A stretch of 64,000 nt of DNA from Antechinus flavipes (Eukaryota). This document shows positions 34,911 to 44,855 of the stretch, piece by piece (position 1 is the stretch's first letter; every line of letters starts with the position of its first letter). The notes below the pieces were generated by a model. The model made no database searches and was not told where the DNA came from. It saw only the letters and a list, made by a program, of their open reading frames with translations. The translations under genes and the position numbers were made by a program. The stretch covers positions 624,402,001 to 624,466,000 of the forward strand of contig NC_067400.1 of assembly GCF_016432865.1 (NCBI RefSeq). Reading direction: 5' to 3'.

Positions 34911-37420
34911 CTAACTGGCCAGTGGCTTGGAAGCTCGGGCTCCGTCCTGGGGGAACTGGAGCCCGATCTGCCTCCTGCTCTCCTCCAGGATGTCCGCCAG
35001 CAGCTCGCTCTCGGCCAGGGGCATTAGCGGGCTCTCCTTCAGGCCTAGGGAATGGACCAGGGTCAGCAGCGCGCACTGGAGGCGGGGGTGGGGACCCGCG
35101 GAGGCCCCTCCCCCCTCCCGGGCTCACCCTGCAGCAGACACTGCCGCACGTGCCGGGCCTCGAAGACCATGCCCATGGAATTGAGGAAGTTTAACTTCTC
35201 CGTGGCCGGAACCGCGGGCAGCGGGAACTCGGTGCGCTTCCCGTTCACGACCAGCTCCGTGGGGCACCACATGTGGGCCGGGATCTGGGAGGAGAGAGGG
35301 CACAGGGCAGGGGGCTGACCCCGCCCGTCCCCGGTCCCGGGCGGCCCCTCAAGCCCAGGCTCCCCTCACCTGGGCCGTGCCCTTGGTTCCGAACACCGTG
35401 AGCGAGTTGGACAGTTCGGTGGAGATGCTGCAGCTGAAGCTGGCCTGCAGCCCGCCCGGGTACCGGAGGGTGACTGTCACCGTGTCATCCACGCCTGGCG
35501 GGGGACACGGGAGGGTCAGGGAGGGCTCGCGGGCAGCCCCCCCCCAGCCCCGGGAGCCCAGCCCGGGGCCAGCACTGCCCCCCTACCCTTCTCGTGGAGC
35601 AGCCCCACGGCGTGGATCTCTCAGGCCGCCGACCCCCGCCCACCATGGAGATGAACTGGACGCAGTAGATGCCCAGGTCCAGCAGCCCGCCCCCGGCCTG
35701 GGCCCAGTCGGTGGCGCGCGGGAAATCGCTGCAATCCCAACCGAAGTGCGCGTGGACCAGCCGCACCTCCCCGAGGGTGCCCTGGGACAGCAGAGCCCGC
35801 AGCGCCTCGGTGGCGGGAAAAAACCGGGTCCAGATGGCCTGGAGGGGAGGGGGGAAGGGCACAGCGCGCTGGGCCCCGGAGGGAAGCGCCCCTCCGCATT
35901 CCGGATGCGAACTGGACGCTGACGCCCACACTCCAAATCCTTTGAGGGCTCAGCCCCAGGGGAAGCTAGGGCTGGCGTTCTGGGCCTCTACCACCAGGGG
36001 GCGCGCGCAGGCAAGGCACTGAGGTGGCTGGGGCTGGTATTCTGGGCTTCTACCACCAGGGGGCGAGTGCAAGCTACGGACTGGGGTGGCGTCCTGGATC
36101 TCCACCACCTGGGGGCGCGCGCAGGCCAGGGTCTGGGGTGGCTGGGGCTGGCGTTCTGGACCTCCACCACCTGGGGGCGCGCGCAGGCCAGGGACTGGGG
36201 TGGCTGGGGCTGGCGTTCTGGACCTCCACCACCTGGGGGCGCGCACAGGCCAGGGACTGGGGTGGCTGGGGCTGGTGTTCTGGACCTCCACCACCTGGTG
36301 GCGCGCACAGGCCAGGGACTGGGGTGGCTGGGGCTGGCGTTCTGGGCCTCCACCACCTGGGGGCGGGCACAGGCCAGGGACTGGGGTGGCTGGGGCTGGT
36401 TTTCTGGGCTTCTACCACCGGGGGCCCCGCGCAGGCCAGGGTCTGGGATGGCTGGGGCTGGTATTCTGGACCTCTACCACCAGGGGGCGCGCGCAGGCGA
36501 GGCACTGGGGTGGCGTTCTGGATCTCCACCACCGGGGGGCGCACGCAGGCCAGGCGCAGACTTCACTCTCACCTCCATCAGGAAAAGGCCACGGGCCCTC
36601 GCGGCTGCCACCATCTCGCGGACTTCGGTGGCCGTGACCCCGAGAGGCTTTTCGCACAGCACCGGCTTTCCCGCCTCTAGGCCCAGCAGCACAGCGCGCA
36701 GGTGCTGCGGATGCTGAGCGCCGACGTACACTAAGTCTATGGCGGTGCTTCCGCAGAGGCCCCGCCCCCAGATGCCTTTTCTCAGCAGCTCCGGCACCTC
36801 TCCTCTGTGGAAGCCCCGCCCCTGGGCAGCCCGTCTGTCTAGGCCCCGCCCCATAGCCCGCCCCTCCCGCAGCTTTCCCTTGCGTAGTCCCCAAACATCC
36901 CTCGGGCCCGGCCTCACCCACGTCCGGGTCCCGCACCAGCTCCTCATAGGAGCCGTAGCTCTTGGGGATCTCGTGCCTTTTGGCGAAGTCCTGAGCCCGG
37001 TCGAGGTCCCTGGCGGCCACGGCCACGATCTGTGACCAGAGACCCCTTTCAAACGGCGCCCGGACCCAGCCACGCTCCCTCGGGGTCCCTCCCCCCCAGC
37101 CCCGTGTGCTCTCGGCGACCCCCGAGCCCCTCCCCGCTTCACCCTTGGCCTTCCGGGACTCGGGCGCTAGCCACGCCCCCTCGGGGTCTCTGTCGCAGGC
37201 GATCGCAGCGCCCCTTCCCCAGCTCCGCGTCTGGCACCAAAGGGACCCAGGAGGCCGGGCCCCGACCGCCCCCCCCCCCAGTCCTCCCCGGGCATCTTCC
37301 TCGCCTCCCCCGGGGCTGCGGGACCTGATGCTCGGACCGCGGCAGGCTCCTCAGGGCAGTGGCGAAGTCGTGCGAGATGAGGCCGGCGGCCAGGAGCCCC
37401 CAGCGCAGAACTCCGCCCAT
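34911..37420 (-). CDS. DHDH: Trans-1,2-dihydrobenzene-1,2-diol dehydrogenase (dimeric dihydrodiol dehydrogenase), 7 exons; exon 4 has a 1-nt deletion in this sequence
   Basis: Exons 37325-37420, 36918-37029, 36573-36736, 35587-35838, 35370-35494, 35128-35284, 34911-35044 sum to 1040 nt, one short of in-frame. Motifs [42 protein letters not shown]. Confidence 0.92.
35950..36560 (+). repeat. 62-bp minisatellite (10 units, two shortened to 52 bp), each with a CTCF-core-like motif, filling DHDH intron 3
   Basis: Cores CCACC(A/T/G)GG(G/T)GGCG start at 35991, 36053, 36105, 36167, 36229, 36291, 36353, 36477 and 36529; the unit at 36415 is degenerate. Confidence 0.95.
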
Positions 37421-39040
37421 CTCTGCAGCAGCCCCGGCGCGCTGAACCTCTGCTCCTCTGCTCCCCAGCGCTCCCTTTTCTAGGCCTCTGCTCATTGGCA
37501 GACTCCGGAAGGCAGGCCCCGCCCCCGCCCCCCAGCTGGAGGTCAGCCCCTGTACCTGCTCCTGGCCCAAGGACAGCCCCGAACTCCGGGCCAGACGGAG
37601 GGTGCACGCGGCTCGGAGGCAGGGCCCCCTCCAGCTCCCCCTTTCCCGCTTCACCTCTGATCTCGCCCAACCCTCCAATAAAGGGCGCAGGACTAAAGGG
37701 CTGCTTGATTCCCTGAGGCTCGGGTTTCAGCCTCTCTGCCCGTCTCTTTCCTGGCTCGGCTCTAGCTGCCCCACTGCGGAAATGACCTTGGGGGCTCCTC
37801 CCACTCTGGGCCACCTCTCCAAGGGGTAGAAGTAGGGCAGGCCCCCTCCCACCGTGCCCAACCTCCTGGCCGGGCAAAAAGGGGGCCCTGGCCTCTTCCC
37901 CCCCTCCCCAACCTGCTGGGTTGGCCGGGATGCTGACCCCCCTTTCCTTTTCCTATGTGACCTTTCATCTCCAAGGTCCCATAATGTACAAACCGGGGTC
38001 CTGGGACTCCCTGGCTCTATGCTTACACCCGACTCAGCCGGCAGGGCCTCCTCCCCCCTCATCTCACCCCGGACCAATGCCATGCTCCTGCCTAGCACAC
38101 AGCAGGCGCTTCATGCTTACTGGACACGCAGAGGACGACCTTTGGAGCCCCCTTTTTGGGGAAAAGCCCTGGCCAGGCAACTTCTGGGAGTGTCGGCCCT
38201 GCCCCGTCTAAAGGTCTCTAGGAATGGGGCGCTCAGCACATGCCCAGATGCAGCCCCAAAGTTTTGCCATCAAAATTAAGCTGCCTTTTGCATCCTCCCC
38301 TCCCTGCTCCTTTCGGATCTGACCGAAGCTTCCAAGCCCTCATGCACTGGTCCGGCTTTCCGAGGCCTGGAAGTTCTCGTCCCCTCGGGCTGCTCGCCAG
38401 CAGGATTCTCGGGGCCTTCCCGGAGGCCCAGTTCAGGAAGCCTCCAGCACATTGAGCCAAGGCCCCAAGATGGCAGAAAGCCACACTTCCTCCTTCAGCC
38501 CATATAAGTCAGGGAGAGACCTTGAGGGAAGCACGGGAACCCTGAACCCTCCTGCTCCTCGAGGCCCGGCCTTCCTTGACACAAGCTGTCCCCTCTGCTG
38601 GACTCCGGCAGGAACTGGCCAAAGGCCCAAGTCTAGAATGTGGGGAAGCCTCGAACCCATGTCCAGGCGCTCCCTTCTGACAGGGCCAAGCAGAGAGGGA
38701 CAGGGAGGTAGCCGGGCTGAGAGAGAGACAGAGGCAGAGAGAGAACGAGGTCTCTAGGAATGGGGCGCTCGGCACGGCCCCCGAAGCCCTTCCCACGCAG
38801 GGAGAGCTTTACGCAGCCCCAGGTCTTTGTCATCAGGACTAAGCTGCCTTTGCATCCCCCCCCACACACACACTGCTCACTGCCTCAGAGGTAGCCAGGC
38901 TCAGAGAGACAGAGATGGATGTGACTTGGGGGATGGGGGGAGAGAGGCCTGGGGGGAAGGGCCCCAGGCTGCCCCCAGCACCGCTGCCTCCTCCCAAGCT
39001 GTAGCACAGACACGCGTGTGGTCAGGGGGCCCAGAAAGTC

Positions 39041-39046
39041 TTTATT
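39041..39046 (-). terminator. NUCB1: NUCB1 polyadenylation signal
   Basis: TTTATT on +, only about 18 nt past the predicted stop codon, implying a very short 3' UTR if this signal is used. Confidence 0.65.
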
Positions 39047-39064
39047 GGGTGATCTTGGGGATCC

Positions 39065-42000
39065 CTAGTGCTGGGAATCGGGCACAGGGGAAGCCGGGCC
39101 CGGGGCTGGCGCCTCTTTCTTCACAGCTGGCTCTGCCTGGGCTCCCGTCTCTAGAAAGACAGAGAGAAAATAAGGTCCCGGATGCCCGGCCTCCCGGCCC
39201 CCCCCGCCCCCCTCCGGAGCTCAGAGCCCTGGCAGGCCACACAGGCCCGAAACCACAATTCCCACAAGGCCGTGGGGCAGGGCCACAGCGGGGCAGCGCC
39301 CCCACCACCCCAAACTCTTCCTCTCTCAGAACCAAGCCCGGGGTCAGGAGGCACCTGGGTGGGGCTGGAAAAGGAGCTGTCCGTCGGGGCCCGGAGCTGG
39401 GGGGTCCGGGGGCTGCTGCTGCTTCCTCTGCTCCATGTGAAGGACGGCCTGGGGGGTGCGAAGACGGGCGGCGGGGGGTGAGCGGACTGGGGCCCCGACA
39501 CCCTGTCCCCCCGCCCCCACCTCCCAGCCGGCCCCAGCCACCTGCTGCAGCTCCTTCTTCTGGGCTTCCAGCAGGCCCTGCGAGTGGTCCAGGGCCTTGC
39601 TCTCCTGGCTCAGCCGCTGGGCCTGGGCCGCCAGCTCGGCCTCCCGCGCCGCCAGTTCCGCCTCAAAGCGGCGCAGTTCCTCCTCCGTGTAAGCCGGGTG
39701 CTCCTCCAGAGTCTGGGGGGGGCGGAGTCAGGCAGAGCGGCCCTTCCTGCCCCCACGGGGGGATGGGGCCCACAGAGCAGGGGCACAAGGCAGCGGCCCG
39801 GGGGATGGTGGGGATTGGGGGGGCAGGGAGGGGACGGTATGGGGGGGAGGGGAGGGGGGCAGTCACCTCCCAGCCCTTCGGGGCGGCCTCTTCGAACTCC
39901 TTCCTCTGCGTGGCCAGGAGGAACTCCTCGAGGGTCACCAGGCGGTCCTGGTTTGTGTCCACCTACGGGACGAGGCTGGATGTGAGCTGCAGGGGGTCCC
40001 CCGGAGCCCTGGTCTCACTGGCTCCACCATGTGCTGGGGGAGCGGCACTGCAGGGGGCCCCTGTTGCCCCCTCCCCTTCCCCCTTCCAGTCTCACTGGCT
40101 CCACCATGTGCTCGGGGGAGGGGGCAGCACTACGGGGCCCGGGGCTCACCGTCTTCATGACGTGCTCCCGCATCCTCAGCCTTTCCTCCTCCATCTCCCT
40201 CATGTCATCGTCCTCGTTCTTGGGGTCGTACACCTTCTCCAGCTGCACGGGAGGGGGCAAGGACGGGGCTCAGGGGCTGCCGACCCCATCCCCCACCCCT
40301 GACCACGTGGCCGCTACGCGCTCGGGACCGGGCTGAGCCCTCAGCCCGAAGGCCTCACCTCCTTGGTAAAGAGAGCCTCCAGCTCCTGCTCGTCCAGGAC
40401 GCCGTCGCTGTTCGTGTCTGGGGAGGGCAGTCAGGGGGCCGAGGTCAGGGAGGCTGCCGGCCGGGCGCGGGGACGGAGAGGTGTGCGGGGGGGGGGCATG
40501 CTGGGGGACCAGGGGGGTGGGGGGGGCATGCTGGAGGACCACGGGGGGGCCCGGGGAGCCGGGGTGGGGGTGAGGGGGGCCGGGGGCCAGAGCCTTGCCA
40601 GGCCCGTCGTGGTGGGAGCCAGCCTCTCCCCGGCAGCCCAGGCCTGGGCCCCGTGGGGCCGATCCACCAGCCTGCAAGCCGTGGAGGCTCCTGGGGAGAC
40701 AGGCAGGGCCTCCGCCTCTGGGGCTGCCCCGTCCCACCAGGAACTCACCGTGTAGCCTGAAGAAGGTCTTAGGATTGAACTCGGTGGGATCCAGCCCGTC
40801 CGTCTCTTCCCACACCTCCTTCAGCTGGGCCTGGCTGCCCTGGGGGGAGGGGAAGAGCAAGGGCTGGGGACTCACAGGCCCGGGAGGACCCCCTCCCGGG
40901 ACCGCGGGCAGCAGGCCCTGCCCCGGGGCCAGCCCTCACCGGCACGTTGAGCCGAGGATGCTGCCGGTGTCTCTGCTTCTGCTCCTCCAGCCTCCGCTCC
41001 TCCGCCAGCCTCTGCTCCTCCCCCAGGGAGTCCAGGTAACGGCGCCGCTCGTGCTCCTTCAGCATCTCGTAGCGCTTGAACTCCTCGTGGTGGGCCGCGT
41101 CGTACTGCGCCAGGTCCCGGGTGGCCTGGGGACGCGACTCAGGAGGTCAGGGGTCCCCGGCCCTGGGCTTCGTGGCCGACTTAGGCGTGGGGTCCGGCCC
41201 TCTCCCACCCAGGATCCAGCTCCAGGGCCCGGAGCGCGTAGCGGCCGGGGAGGGAAGGCCGGCTGGGCTCGCTCCCGAGGTTTTAGAGATGGAGATGCGC
41301 CCCAGGGAGGCCGGGAGGCCCCGAGATGAGCCTCACCGTCTGGATCAGCAGCTCCAGGTCTCGGGCTTCAAACGTGTGCTGGTTCTGAGGGTCCAGGTGT
41401 TCAAACTGCTTGAGAAGGCTCAAGTGGTCGACCTGCACCTCTGGGGTCCGGGAGAGAGGCACATACTTGGTCCGAGCCACAGGGGGCCTCCCCGCGGCCC
41501 CTCCTCCCTCCCTCGGGGGCCCAGGTCTCACCAGGCTCCTGGGCAGCATCCATCTTGGCCTTGAGCAGCATCCGCAGGCGGGACACCTCCTGCCGCTTGA
41601 GCTCGTCCAGTTTGGTGCGAATGTGATGACTGACAAAGTCGAGTTCCCGACTCAGTTTCCCACTCTGGGGTGGGGGAGACACAGAGGGGCGCAGTCACCA
41701 CAACGGGGAGCCGGTGAGCGCCCGGGGGGACGGGACAGCAGGAGAAAGCCCCCCCCCGCCCCGGGCACCGGCCCCCACCTTGATGTCCTCCGCGTTGGCG
41801 GCCTGCAGCTTCTCTCGGAAATGCCCGTCGGTCTCCAGGACCTGGATCACCTCTTGGAGGTAGCGGTGGTAGTAGAGCCCTGTGTCCTGGGAAGACAGGC
41901 CGGATCCCTCGAACCCAAGGCTGACCGGGCCCTGCTGGGCTCCGGGGCCTTCGGAGGACGCCCTCAGGCTCAAGCACAGCTGCTCCGCTCAGCTGCCGAG

Positions 42001-42841
42001 CCTTTGGCCCCTTGCAGGCTGCCCGCTGTCCCCCTCCCCGGCCCAAGCTCGCTGGTGTGTCTCCGACCCCCGACTCGGCCACAGCCCTCGTTTGCAGGAT
42101 GCTCCCCCTTCAGACACTGCCCAGTTGGGGGTCTCCTTCCCCCAGCTCTAACGGACCGTTTCATTTCTTCTCCGTCCCCGGCCGGGGACTCTGCGCAGTG
42201 ACCGCCGTGGGCAGACCACCAGGGTCGCCAAGACAAAGCCCCCCATTTCCTCCTTGGGGAACAAGGTGGCCTTGGGCAAGATGTGATGGGGAGGGGGCGG
42301 AGGAAGCCGGGAAGGGGACAGGGGCAGCGAGCCTGAGGGCAGCAAAGTCAATTTCTGTTCCCAGCAGGCCCCGGGGGCACAGCAGCTCTGACTCAGACCC
42401 AGTTAGGCTCTAAGGCACCGGGAGTGGTGGGAAGCTTCCAGGCTGGCCTCTGCTCCTGGCCAGGCTCCCCAGCAGGGGGCCCACGTGGCCACGATCTTGG
42501 GGGGGAGGGGACACCCCGTCCTGGCTTTGGGTCCCAGCGTTCCCGTAGACCAAACATCCTTCCTCTCCCTCCGTGACTCCAACTCCCAGAAGACTCTGCG
42601 AGAACAAGCTACCAGAAACCACCTGTGGGCTTCGCAGAGGCCGCCGGGAGCTGCGGTTCCAACCTTACCCAGACACCACCACCCTCCCAGGAGATGGGGC
42701 AATCTGTCTCACCGGAGTCTCTGGAGGAGAAGGCGGCACCGCATCCTTCTTGGGCTCAGGCCGGTCCAGAGGAGCTGGCTGGGCAGGCGCGGGCAGCAGC
42801 AGCAGCAGCAGCAGGGCGGCCAACAGCCCCCTGGGCATCAT
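39065..42841 (-). CDS. NUCB1: Nucleobindin-1, 12 coding exons, 449 aa
   Basis: Exons 42713-42841, 41779-41886, 41532-41664, 41337-41440, 40940-41125, 40749-40839, 40359-40417, 40150-40242, 39867-39962, 39542-39712, 39355-39448, 39065-39150 sum to 1350 nt. Signal peptide, [15 protein letters not shown]-hands [12 protein letters not shown] and [12 protein letters not shown]. Confidence 0.96.
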
Positions 42842-42990
42842 GCTGAGGGCTGCCCGAGACAAAGAGACAGTGAGGGAAGTTGGGCCCGGGGTCAGAGCCC
42901 CTTCCTCCTTTCCTCTGGCTTTGGCCTCAGCCCTCCGGACCCCACGTGCCCCACAGAACCCGGAGACAGAAAACTGAGGGAGGTATAGAA

Positions 42991-43576
42991 ACTACAAATC
43001 CCATGAAGACCCGGCGCCGCCAGAGTATACCAGGCGTTGCTGGGAGATGTAGTCCTGTCCCACCCTCACACCGCTTGGGAGAACTCGGAGAGACCATCTC
43101 GGCCTTTCTTGCCCTCTTCTAGCCCTCCCCCCACAGCGACCACGGTGCCTCTACCCCCCCTAGTTGCTTACGTGTCACTCCGCAAGAGCCGGGGGGTGAG
43201 GTGGGGGGAGGTTCTCGGCACTTCCGAAATGGGGGGTAGGGTAGGATGTTCCCAAGCCTGGATCCTGCCTAAGGTCAGCCTCCCACTTCTTCGTTGGCTC
43301 CCAGACTTTCAATTCGTCACGCCCCCGATCCTAAATTAGCCAATCGAAAAGACAAATGTATCCTATGTGGAGGTATCACATGAGCAGACTCCGCCCACCA
43401 AAGCGAGCCTGGCTTCTGCCAAGCATCCACTTTCAGTCCCGCCCCCACTTCCTAATTAGGGGAAAGCAGGTAAGCTTGGAAATGGTCGTGCAACTACAAC
43501 TCCCAGCAGTCTGCACGATAGGGTTGGCAGCCCTTTTATAGGTTGTTCTGCCGCAAGGCTTCCTGGGAATTGTAGT
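42991..43576. promoter_or_regulatory. NUCB1/TULP2 divergent promoter region with four ZNF143 (SBS)-type motifs
   Basis: ACTACAAATCCCATGA 42991, TGGGAGATGTAGT 43041, ACTACAACTCCCAGCA 43493, TGGGAATTGTAGT 43564; CCAAT near 43340. Confidence 0.7.
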
Positions 43577-43981
43577 AACTTTGGTTTTCGCTTTCCAGAG
43601 GCTCTAGAAGGTGAAGGTTGGGGCCCTTTAAGGAACCTAGACGTCCCAATTCCAAGCTGGAACGTTGAGACAGTTGCTATGGAAAGGAAAGAGGAGCTGG
43701 CTCAGTGGCTTCCAGGGAGAGCCCGGTAGTGGGGGCCAAGAGGAGGAGGTGGAGGAGTAGGAGGCGGGGGTGGGGGACGGGGCCGTTCCTGGAGGGGATC
43801 CCCCCATCGGGGATCAGAGCAGCAGGGAAGCTAGCTAGCACCTAGCCCCCCACCCAGGGACCTGCCCGACTTGGGAGAGAGAGCAAGCCAGGTACGAGGG
43901 AGGACGGACAGACGAGAAGCTGACCAGACTGGTGTCCCTTTCTTTCGAGGACCCTGACATTTGCCCCTCCTCGTCCTCACT

Positions 43982-44350
43982 CTCAGTGGACCTCAAAGTT
44001 TCCCAAGCCCAGAGACCCTCTGGGGTTTTAGGGACCCAGGAGTCTGAGGCCCTCAGTGCTTGATCCCCTCTGCCACTCAGCTGTCACAGCCCACATGTCT
44101 CAGTCCCTTTGTCGATAGAGGTTGGGGCAGAGCTGCTAGACCTCGGAAATGCCAGCCTTCTGACAATTGGCTCCCCCCAATCTTCACTTTCAGTGGGTTC
44201 TCAAGCCCAGAGGCTTTCTAGGGTTTTAGGGACCCAGGAGTCTGAGGCCCCCAGTGCTTGATCCCCTCTGCCACTCAGTTGTCACAGCCAAAATGCCTTA
44301 GCCCCTTTATATATATTCAAAAGCTGGGGGCAGAGCTGCTAGCCCTCCGC
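43982..44350. repeat. Tandem duplication with about 198-bp period upstream of TULP2
   Basis: GGGTTTTAGGGACCCAGGAGTCTGAGGCCC..AGTGCTTGATCCCCTCTGCCACTCAG..GGGGCAGAGCTGCTAG occurs near 44023 and 44221. Confidence 0.9.
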
Positions 44351-44855
44351 AGTGCCGGCCCTCCAGTTCTCCTAGGGCGGCCAGGGGCAGCCTCTCATGT
44401 CTCCAGAGCATCTTTTCCCCTTCCGAGTCGGGCCAGAAAGCATATTGGCTGAGGGACAAAGAGAGGGAGAGAGGGAGGGGGAAAGAGGGAGGGGCTGGGT
44501 GATTGCGGGGAGGAAGGGGCTGAAGCCGAGAAGCTGCGCTGCGCCCAGAGGCTGAAAGCCCAAGCTTTCCGACAAACTGCAGGGCAGGAGGAAGGGCTTT
44601 TCTGTCCTCCGCGCCTAATCACCCTGTCTTCCTAGAACCAGATCAGGCGGGGAATCACCAGAGAGCAGGCAGAAAACAGTGGGGCTCAAGGCCTCCCGGA
44701 GGAGGCACATAGCTGATAGAGTCTCCAGCCACAGTCCCCGGTCCTGAAGTGGGGGGCGGGGTTAAGGTTGGAAGGCCGCATCCCTGGGTCTCAGAGAGGT
44801 TAAAACCCAAGAACAGGGATCCTAAATCCTGAGGCCTGATCCCTGTATCACCAGG

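Noticed and set aside
35950-36560. CRISPR-like appearance of the periodic arrays (also 571-782 and 54880-55490)
   Set aside because: Eukaryotic intronic or intergenic DNA; whole units repeat with no unique spacers and no cas genes, so these are minisatellites.
36024-36717. Repetitive ORFs through the 62-bp array
   Set aside because: Products of a stop-free repeat inside DHDH intron 3, with no independent coding signal.
40010-40140. About 75-bp tandem duplication in a NUCB1 intron
   Set aside because: A simple local duplication with no splice-site or motif consequence seen.
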